Part shown: positions 17,499 to 25,553 of the stretch, piece by piece
How the letters are laid out: each line of letters begins with the position of its first letter
How positions within the stretch are numbered: position 1 is the first letter of the stretch
DNA from: Candidatus Subterrananammoxibius californiae
GTDB taxonomy: Bacteria; Planctomycetota; Brocadiia; Brocadiales; Subterrananammoxibiaceae
Assembly (NCBI GenBank): GCA_030586555.1
Contig: JAURAC010000024.1
Span: 1-53,920 of the forward strand
Direction of reading: 5' to 3'
DNA length: 53,920 bases
Program-made: the position numbers and the translations under genes
The notes under the pieces: generated by a model
Seen by the model: the letters and a program-made list of their open reading frames with translations, nothing else
Database searches by the model: none
Told to the model about the DNA's origin: nothing

Positions 17499-17960
17499 AT
17501 GAGCAAACTTCTTATAATTGCGCTGTATGCGGTTGGCTTAATTGCCGTGGTTGTTGAAATATTCATCCCGGGTGTGATAATTGGGGTGTGCGGCGTTGGC
17601 TGTGTTGTTGTAGGTGTCATCTGGGCTTATAGGCTTGAATCACACCTGCTGGGGCATGTACTTCTTATTATTGCACTCGTTGCCTTCCCAGCATTATTAT
17701 TCCTTTGGTACAGGGTTGTTTCAACTAAGTTCTCAATAAGTGCATCAGAAGCAGGCTTTAAGTCTGCTAAAGGAGACCTTGACGAGCTTTTATCTGCCGA
17801 AGGTACAACAGTAACAACCCTTCGTCCCTCTGGCATTGCTAACATAGGCGGCAGAAGGGTTGATGTTATAACCGCTGGAGAGATGATACCCAAAAATACA
17901 AGAATCCAGGTAATCGAAGTAAAAGGAAATCGTGTAGTAGTAAGACCTATGAAGACATAA
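17499..17960 (+). CDS. Short NfeD-like protein
   Basis: VEIFIPG transmembrane region plus TTLRPSG..GNRVVV OB domain. Confidence 0.85.
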   Translation: MSKLLIIALYAVGLIAVVVEIFIPGVIIGVCGVGCVVVGVIWAYRLESHLLGHVLLIIALVAFPALLFLWYRVVSTKFSISASEAGFKSAKGDLDELLSAEGTTVTTLRPSGIANIGGRRVDVITAGEMIPKNTRIQVIEVKGNRVVVRPMKT

Positions 17961-18115
17961 TCTATTAACAGGTGATGGGTAATAGGCTGAAAGAGGAAGT
18001 TGGGAAGTTAAGAAGTTGGGAAGCTAAGAAGTGCTGCCTATCTTCCTAACTTCTTAGCTTCTTAACTTCTGTGCCTTTTTACCTACGACCTATTATAAGA
18101 ATGGAGGTGTACATT

Positions 18116-19156
18116 ATGAATTATTTGCCACTATGCCAGGTACCTCGCCAAATACCTACCCCAATAATTACGGGGGCAATAATCATTGGTTCGATAGTAT
18201 TCTTTATCTTTTTGATACTTATGTTCAAATACGGCTGGTTATATATTCAAGCCCTTGCATCAGATGCCCACGTCTCCATTGCACAGATGATTGGCATGAC
18301 ATTCAGGCGTGTAAGCGCAAGGGCTATTATAGAGGCAAGAATAATGGCGAAGAAGGCGGGGATTGATATCGAGGCATCGCCTCTTGAGGCACACTACCTT
18401 GCTGGAGGAAGCGTGCCAAATGTTGTTCGAGCTCTGATTGCAGCCGATAAGGCAAACATTGACCTTGGTTTCAACCGGGCATGTGCCATAGACCTTGCAG
18501 GCAGGGACGTTCTTGCCGCGGTCAGAACCAGCGTCAACCCGAAGGTTATAGATTGTCCAGACCCAGCCAAGGGGCGCACAACGATTGATGCCGTTGCAAA
18601 GGATGGAATACAGCTTAAGGCGAGGGCAAGGGTTACTGTGAGGACGAATATAGATAGACTGGTTGGCGGCGCTACAGAAGAAACCATTATTGCAAGGGTG
18701 GGGGAAGGCATTGTCACTACTATTGGTTCAGCCGAAACGCATAAAAAGGTGCTTGAAAATCCCGATTTAATCTCAAAGCGCGTCCTCGAAAAGGGCCTTG
18801 ATTCTGGAACGGCATTTGAGATACTTTCTATTGATATTGCTGATGTAGATGTTGGGGACAATATTGGTGCCAAGCTTCAAGCAGACCAGGCGGAGGCTGA
18901 TAAGCGTGTTGCCCAGGCAGAGGCAGAGAAACGCCGGGCAATGGCGGTCGCACGGGAACAGGAAATGAAAGCGCTTGTTGAGGAAAACAAGGCAAAGGTC
19001 GTGCTTGCAGAGGCTGAGATTCCAAAGGCTATTTCACAAGCGTTCAGGGAAGGCAATCTCGGCATAATGGACTATTATCATTTAAGGAACATCCAGGCAG
19101 ATACAGAGATGAGAAGCTCCATATCAAAATCAGGCGGCTCAATCTCGACACCTTAA
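18116..19156 (+). CDS. floA: Flotillin-like protein FloA (YqfA/UPF0365)
   Basis: [32 protein letters not shown] and [16 protein letters not shown] before ATG 18116. Confidence 0.92.
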   Translation: MNYLPLCQVPRQIPTPIITGAIIIGSIVFFIFLILMFKYGWLYIQALASDAHVSIAQMIGMTFRRVSARAIIEARIMAKKAGIDIEASPLEAHYLAGGSVPNVVRALIAADKANIDLGFNRACAIDLAGRDVLAAVRTSVNPKVIDCPDPAKGRTTIDAVAKDGIQLKARARVTVRTNIDRLVGGATEETIIARVGEGIVTTIGSAETHKKVLENPDLISKRVLEKGLDSGTAFEILSIDIADVDVGDNIGAKLQADQAEADKRVAQAEAEKRRAMAVAREQEMKALVEENKAKVVLAEAEIPKAISQAFREGNLGIMDYYHLRNIQADTEMRSSISKSGGSISTP

Positions 19157-19160
19157 AGAG

Positions 19161-19240
19161 GAAAATGGGGACACATCCCATTTATTGAATGGAGTCATGA
19201 AGAAAAGAGTAAGCAATAAATGGGATGTGTCCCCATTTTC
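19161..19240. repeat. 80-bp element with perfect 27-bp inverted ends (MITE-like)
   Basis: GAAAATGGGGACACATCCCATTTATTG (19161-19187) and its exact reverse complement (19214-19240). Confidence 0.75.
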
Positions 19241-19262
19241 CAATTCATGGAGGTAGTATTAT

Positions 19263-20777
19263 ATGGGGGCAAATGGATTTGATGCCGAAAACTTCTTCGC
19301 CAGTGGGGATGGTATAACGTATGGAGATTTTATTATTCTCCCCGGACACGTTGGTTTTTCCGTAGAAGAAGTTGACTTAGAAACGAATCTCACGAGAAAC
19401 CTGAGAATCAAGCGTCCCATCGTCAGTTCTCCTATGGACACCGTAACGGAGTCCAGGATGGCTATCTACGTGGCGCTCCTCGGCGGAATTGGAGTTATAC
19501 ATTACAACAATACCATAGAGGAACAGGCAAATGAGGTTACAAAGGTAAAGAGATTTGAGAATGGTTTTATCACTGACCCCGTAGTTCTGGGACCTGATAA
19601 TATAATTGCAGATGTTGATAGTATAAAAGAAAATTACGGCTTTTCCGGTATCCCTATTACAGAGGATGGCACATTAAATACCAGGCTTATAGGCATTGTT
19701 ACGAAGCGCGATACTGACTTTGAAGAAAATAGAAATAAGAAACTGCGTGAGGTAATGACAACTGAGCTTGTTACCGCACCCGCAGGGATAACGCTTGCGG
19801 AGGGTAACAGGATACTCAAGGAGAGCAAGAAGGGCAAACTACCAATCGTAGATAAACAGGGACGACTGGTATCTTTAATGAGCCGCACAGATTTGAGAAA
19901 AAATGAGGACTTCCCGCTTGCATCAAAAAATAAGGATAAACAACTTCTTGTCGGCGCAGCCATTTCTACAAGGGCTGAAGATAAGGAACGTCTTTCAGCG
20001 TTGGGGAGGGCAGGCGTGGATGTTATTGTCATTGATTCATCCCAGGGGGATTCTGTTTATCAAATTAATATGATTAAGTATATTAAGAAAACTTATCCAC
20101 ATCTTGAAGTAGTGGGGGGAAATGTCGTAACGGCATCTCAGTGCAAATCGCTTATTGATGCAGGGGCAGATGCGCTGCGTATTGGAATGGGCAGCGGTTC
20201 CATCTGTGTTACTCAGGACACAATCGCCGTTGGACGGGCGCAAGGTTCCGCTATATATCATTGCGCAAAATTTGCAAGGGAGTATGCGAATATACCCATA
20301 ATTGCCGATGGAGGCATAGCCAATATAGGCTATATTGCCAAGGCATTAGCTCTGGGTGCAAGCACTGTAATGCTGGGTTCTCTACTTGCAGGCACGAGTG
20401 AAGCGCCGGGTGAATATTATTATGAAAATGGCGTTCGTCTAAAAAAATATCGTGGGATGGCTTCTCTTGAGGCTATGGAAAAGGGCGGCGCTAAGAGGTA
20501 TTTCTCAGAAAAAGACAAGATTAAGGTTGCACAAGGCGTATCGGGAGCAGTAGTTGACAAAGGCTCTGTCGTACACTTTGTTCAATACCTCATGCAGAGT
20601 TTCTGTCATACCCTTCAGGATGTTGGGTACAGGACAATCAATGATTTACACAAGGCTTTGTATAATGGAACGCTTCGTTTTGAGGTCAGATCTATATCCG
20701 CACAGAAAGAAGGGGCAGTCCATAGCCTGTATTCCTACACAGAACCTCATGAGGGATTGGTAAGGACAAGAATGTAG
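19263..20777 (+). CDS. guaB: IMP dehydrogenase with CBS pair
   Basis: [19 protein letters not shown] catalytic Cys, IADGG and YRGM motifs. Confidence 0.96.
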   Translation: MGANGFDAENFFASGDGITYGDFIILPGHVGFSVEEVDLETNLTRNLRIKRPIVSSPMDTVTESRMAIYVALLGGIGVIHYNNTIEEQANEVTKVKRFENGFITDPVVLGPDNIIADVDSIKENYGFSGIPITEDGTLNTRLIGIVTKRDTDFEENRNKKLREVMTTELVTAPAGITLAEGNRILKESKKGKLPIVDKQGRLVSLMSRTDLRKNEDFPLASKNKDKQLLVGAAISTRAEDKERLSALGRAGVDVIVIDSSQGDSVYQINMIKYIKKTYPHLEVVGGNVVTASQCKSLIDAGADALRIGMGSGSICVTQDTIAVGRAQGSAIYHCAKFAREYANIPIIADGGIANIGYIAKALALGASTVMLGSLLAGTSEAPGEYYYENGVRLKKYRGMASLEAMEKGGAKRYFSEKDKIKVAQGVSGAVVDKGSVVHFVQYLMQSFCHTLQDVGYRTINDLHKALYNGTLRFEVRSISAQKEGAVHSLYSYTEPHEGLVRTRM

Positions 20778-20786
20778 TATAAAATA

Positions 20787-20821
20787 AATAGGGGCGTATT
20801 GTAAATAATACGCCCCTATTA
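20787..20821. terminator. Bidirectional terminator / REP-like palindrome
   Basis: AATAGGGGCGTATT..AATACGCCCCTATT between convergent guaB and glnK. Confidence 0.7.
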
Positions 20822-20842
20822 ACAAACCAACCCTACTAATTA

Positions 20843-21199
<357 letters not shown>

Positions 21200-21237
21200 C
21201 TAAGACTCGTCCCTTTGAAAAAGGGAATGTAAAGTGG

Positions 21238-22623
21238 TTATACCTTAATAGCGTCCTCAGGATAGCATGGCGTTCCATGCTCATGAATATCAAGACCCTC
21301 CAGCTCAATCTCTGGCTCCACCCTGATACCAATGGTAGCTTTTAACAGGTAAAAGATAAAGAATCCAAGCCCGAGAGCCCATGCTATTGTCGCAATGGCG
21401 TCTATAATTTGTGCAAGCAACTGCCATGCTGAGCCTGTTATCAACCCGTTCACCCCGCCATAGCTACCATCAGCGAAAATTCCCACAGCCAATATACCCC
21501 ATATACCATTGGCAGCATGAACGCCTGCCGCACCTACAGGGTCGTCTATTTTACATACAACTTCTAACAATTTATTGGTGTACATCATCACAAACCCTGC
21601 TATTATTCCTATGCACACTGCACCCCATGGGTGAACGTATGCGCAAGGGGCTGTAATGGCAACTAATCCACCCAATGCCCCGTTGCATATCAAGCCTAAA
21701 TCTGCTTTTCCTGTGACTCCATAGGTAAGATATGCTATCGTTATAGCGCCGAGAGCGCCAGCAAGGAAGGTGTTAACTGCTATTGCTGATATTCTCAAGT
21801 CTGTCGCAGCTAAGGTACTGCCAGGATTAAACCCGAACCACCCAAAGAATAGAATAAATGTTCCGAGTACTACGAATGTTAAGTTATGACCTGGTATTGC
21901 CACAGGTTTACCATCTGCTGTGAACTTACCTATCCTGGGTCCGAGCGCAATTGCGCCAGCAAGACCGACCAATCCACCAATAGAATGAACTACACCAGAG
22001 CCTGCAAAATCCCTTGCCCCGACACCAAAGGGAAGTGTCGCAAGCCATCCGCCTCCCCAGACCCAGTGTCCATATATTGGGTATATTATACCACAAACGA
22101 AGAAACTATATACAAGATATGCCTGGAATTTGAGCCTCTCAGCACATAGACCTGCAACAATGGTGGCGGCGGTTGCGGCAAACATCATCTGGAATAGCCA
22201 TACCTCCATGGTTACTACGTCATAAGCATCTCCAAGAAGTAACCATCCGCTGTAACCAATAAACCAGTTTCCCTTATCAAGTCCCGACCCTAACGCAGAG
22301 CCACCAAACATTAAGGCAAACCCAAAGAGCCAGTATGTAAGTGCCCCTGCTGAGAAGTCCATATAGCTTTTTGTTAAATAATTCGTCATACACTTTTTTC
22401 TGAGCAGCCCGCCTAACATTGCAAAGCCTGCCTGCATGAAGAATACCAAAAAGCCCGTCACCAATGTCCATGCAAAGTTTACGGCAAGCTTCAGACCTGC
22501 AACGTCGTCGGTGAATGTTGCGGCGCCGCTCGGGTCGCCACCAGCCTCAGCTATTTCGGTGAGCCCCGTTAACAAGGAAAGAATTGCTAAAACCATAAGT
22601 ACCCAAAGTCGTTTTGCCTTCAT
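21238..22623 (-). CDS. amtB: Ammonium transporter
   Basis: FFMQAGFAML, DFAGSGVVH, GWFGFN and DDPVGAAGVH (twin-His). Confidence 0.96.
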   Translation of the reverse strand: MKAKRLWVLMVLAILSLLTGLTEIAEAGGDPSGAATFTDDVAGLKLAVNFAWTLVTGFLVFFMQAGFAMLGGLLRKKCMTNYLTKSYMDFSAGALTYWLFGFALMFGGSALGSGLDKGNWFIGYSGWLLLGDAYDVVTMEVWLFQMMFAATAATIVAGLCAERLKFQAYLVYSFFVCGIIYPIYGHWVWGGGWLATLPFGVGARDFAGSGVVHSIGGLVGLAGAIALGPRIGKFTADGKPVAIPGHNLTFVVLGTFILFFGWFGFNPGSTLAATDLRISAIAVNTFLAGALGAITIAYLTYGVTGKADLGLICNGALGGLVAITAPCAYVHPWGAVCIGIIAGFVMMYTNKLLEVVCKIDDPVGAAGVHAANGIWGILAVGIFADGSYGGVNGLITGSAWQLLAQIIDAIATIAWALGLGFFIFYLLKATIGIRVEPEIELEGLDIHEHGTPCYPEDAIKV

Positions 22624-22742
22624 TATATAACCTCCTGCCGTTCTCTAAATTATGTGGAAAGCTTACCACAAACAAAACCATGGTTTATTTGTGGTTGGTA
22701 TCAAACTTATAAACCCAGAAGGAAACAAATATTATTCTAACA

Positions 22743-22794
22743 ATAAAAAAATGCGCCCCGTCTTACTTTTTCCCAAAAGTAAGGCAGGGCGCAC
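22743..22794 (-). terminator. Intrinsic terminator-like hairpin in the amtB leader
   Basis: Minus strand TGCGCCCTGCCTTACTTTT-GGGA-AAAAGTAAGACGGGGCGCA followed by a T-run, about 120 nt before the ATG. Confidence 0.7.
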
Positions 22795-23089
22795 TCAGGT
22801 GAATTTATTTGATTGGTTTAAAGTTTCTTTTGATAATGAGTTGCACATATAGAGAACACCTTATTTATGAATTAAAAAATTAACCCCAACACTTAATTTT
22901 AGCCACCGTCCCAGAGTAGAGCTACCACAATGGAACGTTTTCCACGTTTTGAAACTTTTCTCTTAATCTCTTGGTGCGGGACTTAATTATCTTTTCTGCC
23001 CTCTAAACGTTTGAACTCAACCTGCTTATCTTCTCAACCTCCCGTAATTCATTTTACTGCACTAAACATTACACTTTTAAAATGTCCAC

Positions 23090-23117
23090 ATTATAGCCTC
23101 TACTTTTTGTTTGTCAA
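23090..23117 (-). promoter_or_regulatory. sigma70 promoter facing amtB
   Basis: Perfect TTGACA-N16-TATAAT on the minus strand. Confidence 0.7.
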
Positions 23118-23126
23118 GGACATTTT

Positions 23127-23346
23127 AGGAGGTCTCTGAAAAAGTCGTAAGATAACACAATCCGTCCTGCCTTAAGGCGGATACCCCTACAGGGGGGCAT
23201 AATACACCAACCACCCTCCCCTTTTTATTAGAGGGGAGGCATACATTCCTTCCTTTCCCCTTTATTAGGAGGGGATTAAGGGGTGTGTAACATATAACTC
23301 ACAAACAAGTTAAGATTACAAAAACCATACTTTTCAGAAACCTCTT
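23127..23346. mobile_element. MITE-like insertion (about 220 bp) carrying nested palindromes
   Basis: Imperfect inverted ends GAGGTCTCTGAAAAAGT / ACTTTTCAGAAACCTC; internal CCCTCCCC..GAGGGG and CCTTAAGGCGGA hairpins. Confidence 0.55.
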
Positions 23347-23370
23347 TAGAAAATATGAAGTCGAATATTT

Positions 23371-23387
23371 AGCAAATATAATGCCCT
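23371..23387 (-). promoter_or_regulatory. Putative sigma54 promoter facing amtB
   Basis: Minus strand AGGGCATTATATTTGCT has GG-N10-GC spacing. Confidence 0.5.
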
Positions 23388-23726
23388 CATCAGGGAAAAT
23401 TTCATTTTGAAAGCTGGTAAATTAATTTTATGAGCATAAATATTACATAAAATACTATGAAAAGGAAACTAAACATACATTTAAGTATATTGTCAATACC
23501 TGTCGAGGAGACGAAATATTGTTGTTGAAGGTGTCAATGTATGTAAGTTATCAGCCACTCTGGTTATAGTTTTGTCAAGGTCTGGCGGAAATCAGGCAAT
23601 ACTACTGCGACATGGGTAGCCGTAACCTTCAGGTTGCGTTGTTTAGCGCAGGCTGAAGCCTGCGGCTACCAGGTGTTTCAAGATTTACACTTGATACAAG
23701 GCGCTACCTCGTGTATATTTAAGCGT

Positions 23727-24722
23727 ATGAGCAACAACATGATTAGTGGAAGCGTATCCAGAAGGGCATTTCTAAAGGTCGGGCTTGCTGCTGGGGCTGG
23801 GCTTTGTGGGCTGACGTATTTAGCTTCCCGCACAAAAAGGCTTCCTTTAAAAATGCTTAAAGCTAATAATTTGAAAAAAGGTCTGGTTGTTATCCACTGT
23901 TCAGATAAAGAGGATGAATCTGCTATTATAAAGGAATCTGTAAGAAAAGCCATTAACGCCCTTGGAGGCATGGATAAGCTTGTTTCCAAGGGCGATAGGG
24001 TGGTTATAAAACCCAATATTGCATGGAACCAGAAGCCGGAGTTTGCTGCAAACACCAACCCTTGTGTTGTAGCGGCTCTAATTGAGTTGTGCATAGAATC
24101 GGGTGCTAACAGGGTAAAGGTCCTTGACCACACATGCTCATCAAACCCAAGACCCTCTTACGAAAGCAGCGGAATTGCTGACGCCGCAAGAAAGGCAGGA
24201 GCTGAGGTGCTATATATTAATAAAGACCTTTTCCGGGATTTACCTATCCCGGATGGCAAGGCGCTGAAGTCGTGGGCTTTTTATGAGGATTTTATTTCCG
24301 CTGATAAAGTGGATGTATTAATAAACGTCCCGGTAGCAAAGCATCATAGCACATCCCGCCTGACAATGGCGCTAAAGAACGTGCTCGGCATGGTGGGCAT
24401 GGATAGGGGCGCGCTGCATAAGGATATACACCCCAAGATTGCGGACTTAAACAGGGTTGTGAAGGTTGATTTAACCGTCCTCGATGCCTTCAGGATTTTA
24501 AGAAATCACGGACCAACAGGAGGCAGGCTTGAGGATGTTGACAATAACCCTGAGCATGCAAGGCGAATAATTGTAAGCACAGACCCAGTTGCAGTTGATG
24601 CATACGGCGCCACCCTCTTTGGACTAAGCCCCCATGACATCGGCTTCATCAAAGAAGCCCACGAGGCAGGCATCGGAGAATTAGATTTCAAGCTGAGAGG
24701 GTTTGAAGAAATAAGGGTTTGA
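23727..24722 (+). CDS. DUF362 family Fe-S protein with Tat signal
   Basis: SRRAFLK twin-arginine signal; VVIKPN, NVPVAKHH, ALKN and DPVAVD motifs. Confidence 0.88.
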   Translation: MSNNMISGSVSRRAFLKVGLAAGAGLCGLTYLASRTKRLPLKMLKANNLKKGLVVIHCSDKEDESAIIKESVRKAINALGGMDKLVSKGDRVVIKPNIAWNQKPEFAANTNPCVVAALIELCIESGANRVKVLDHTCSSNPRPSYESSGIADAARKAGAEVLYINKDLFRDLPIPDGKALKSWAFYEDFISADKVDVLINVPVAKHHSTSRLTMALKNVLGMVGMDRGALHKDIHPKIADLNRVVKVDLTVLDAFRILRNHGPTGGRLEDVDNNPEHARRIIVSTDPVAVDAYGATLFGLSPHDIGFIKEAHEAGIGELDFKLRGFEEIRV

Positions 24723-24731
24723 GTGGAAAAG

Positions 24732-25055
24732 ATGAAAAATAATAGGAAAATAAAAAATGTAATTCAAGAGATTGCAGAAAAAATAAAAAGGGAATACAAG
24801 CCAGAAAGAGTTATCCTTTTCGGTTCTTATGCCTGGGGTAAGCCAGATAAAGATAGCGATATTGATTTGTTTATTATTAAAAAGACAAAAGAGCGCCACG
24901 TTGATAGATCGGTGAGGGTAAGGGAAATACTCGATGAGGAAAATGGAATGTTTGCTTTAGACCCCATTGTATATACACCAGCCGAGACAAAAGAAAGGAT
25001 AAAAATGGGTGACGATTTCATAAAGAAGATTATAACAAAAGGTGTAGCGCTTTGA
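24732..25055 (+). CDS. Minimal nucleotidyltransferase (MNT antitoxin)
   Basis: ILFGSYAWG..DSDIDL motif. Confidence 0.9.
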   Translation: MKNNRKIKNVIQEIAEKIKREYKPERVILFGSYAWGKPDKDSDIDLFIIKKTKERHVDRSVRVREILDEENGMFALDPIVYTPAETKERIKMGDDFIKKIITKGVAL

Positions 25056-25441
25056 TGAAAAATCAGCGTATTGTTGAGGAATGGTTCAGCCATGGAAATA
25101 AAGACATAAAAGATGCCAGGTTTCTCTTCGACCATAAGCGGAATTTAGAAACGGTATCTTTCCATATTCAACAGGCGGCTGAGAAATACTTGAAAGGATT
25201 CTTAATATCTCAAGGTAAAGAATTACAGAGAATACACGATTTGGTAAAACTGTTACAAGATGCGATAGAGATTGATTCCAGTTTTCAGCAATTTAAGGAA
25301 TCTGTGAAAAAAGTTACAAATTTTTATTTTGAAAGTCGTTATCCCATTGGATACGAGTTTGAATATACAAGGTCAGAAGTGAAAGAGGCATTGATTCAGG
25401 TTACAAAACTTATCAAATTGATTAAAGATAAAGTAAAATAA
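25055..25441 (+). CDS. HEPN domain protein
   Basis: FHIQQAAEKYLKG, RIHDL and SRYP motifs; coupled to the MNT gene. Confidence 0.88.
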   Translation: MKNQRIVEEWFSHGNKDIKDARFLFDHKRNLETVSFHIQQAAEKYLKGFLISQGKELQRIHDLVKLLQDAIEIDSSFQQFKESVKKVTNFYFESRYPIGYEFEYTRSEVKEALIQVTKLIKLIKDKVK

Positions 25442-25553
25442 TGTGTTCAGTATGCTATTACGCAGAAGCCCACGAGGCTGGCATAGGAGAACTGGATTTC
25501 AAGCTGAAGGGTTTTGAAGAAATAAGGGTTTAACATCGAAAGTGGAGTAAAAG

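Larger units (their letters stand above)
24653..25533 (+). repeat. 70-bp direct repeats (24653-24722 and 25464-25533) flanking the MNT-HEPN cassette
   Basis: Both copies encode the DUF362 C-terminus EAHEAGIGELDFKL(R/K)GFEEIRV*. Confidence 0.9.

Noticed and set aside
17995..18070. CRISPR array in the short tandem repeats
   Set aside because: Units are 7-8 nt with no unique spacers and there are no cas genes.
23634..23726. N-terminal ORF extensions (also 12930 ORF to 13457, 18071, 28541, 31247, 35443, 36214)
   Set aside because: They translate intergenic DNA or repeats; better starts with RBS or family-typical N-termini lie downstream.
24720..24725. TGA read-through (selenocysteine) fusing DUF362 to MNT in the same frame
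   Set aside because: The duplicate gene end has TAA at this position, no SECIS-like hairpin follows, and the context is not a Cys site.
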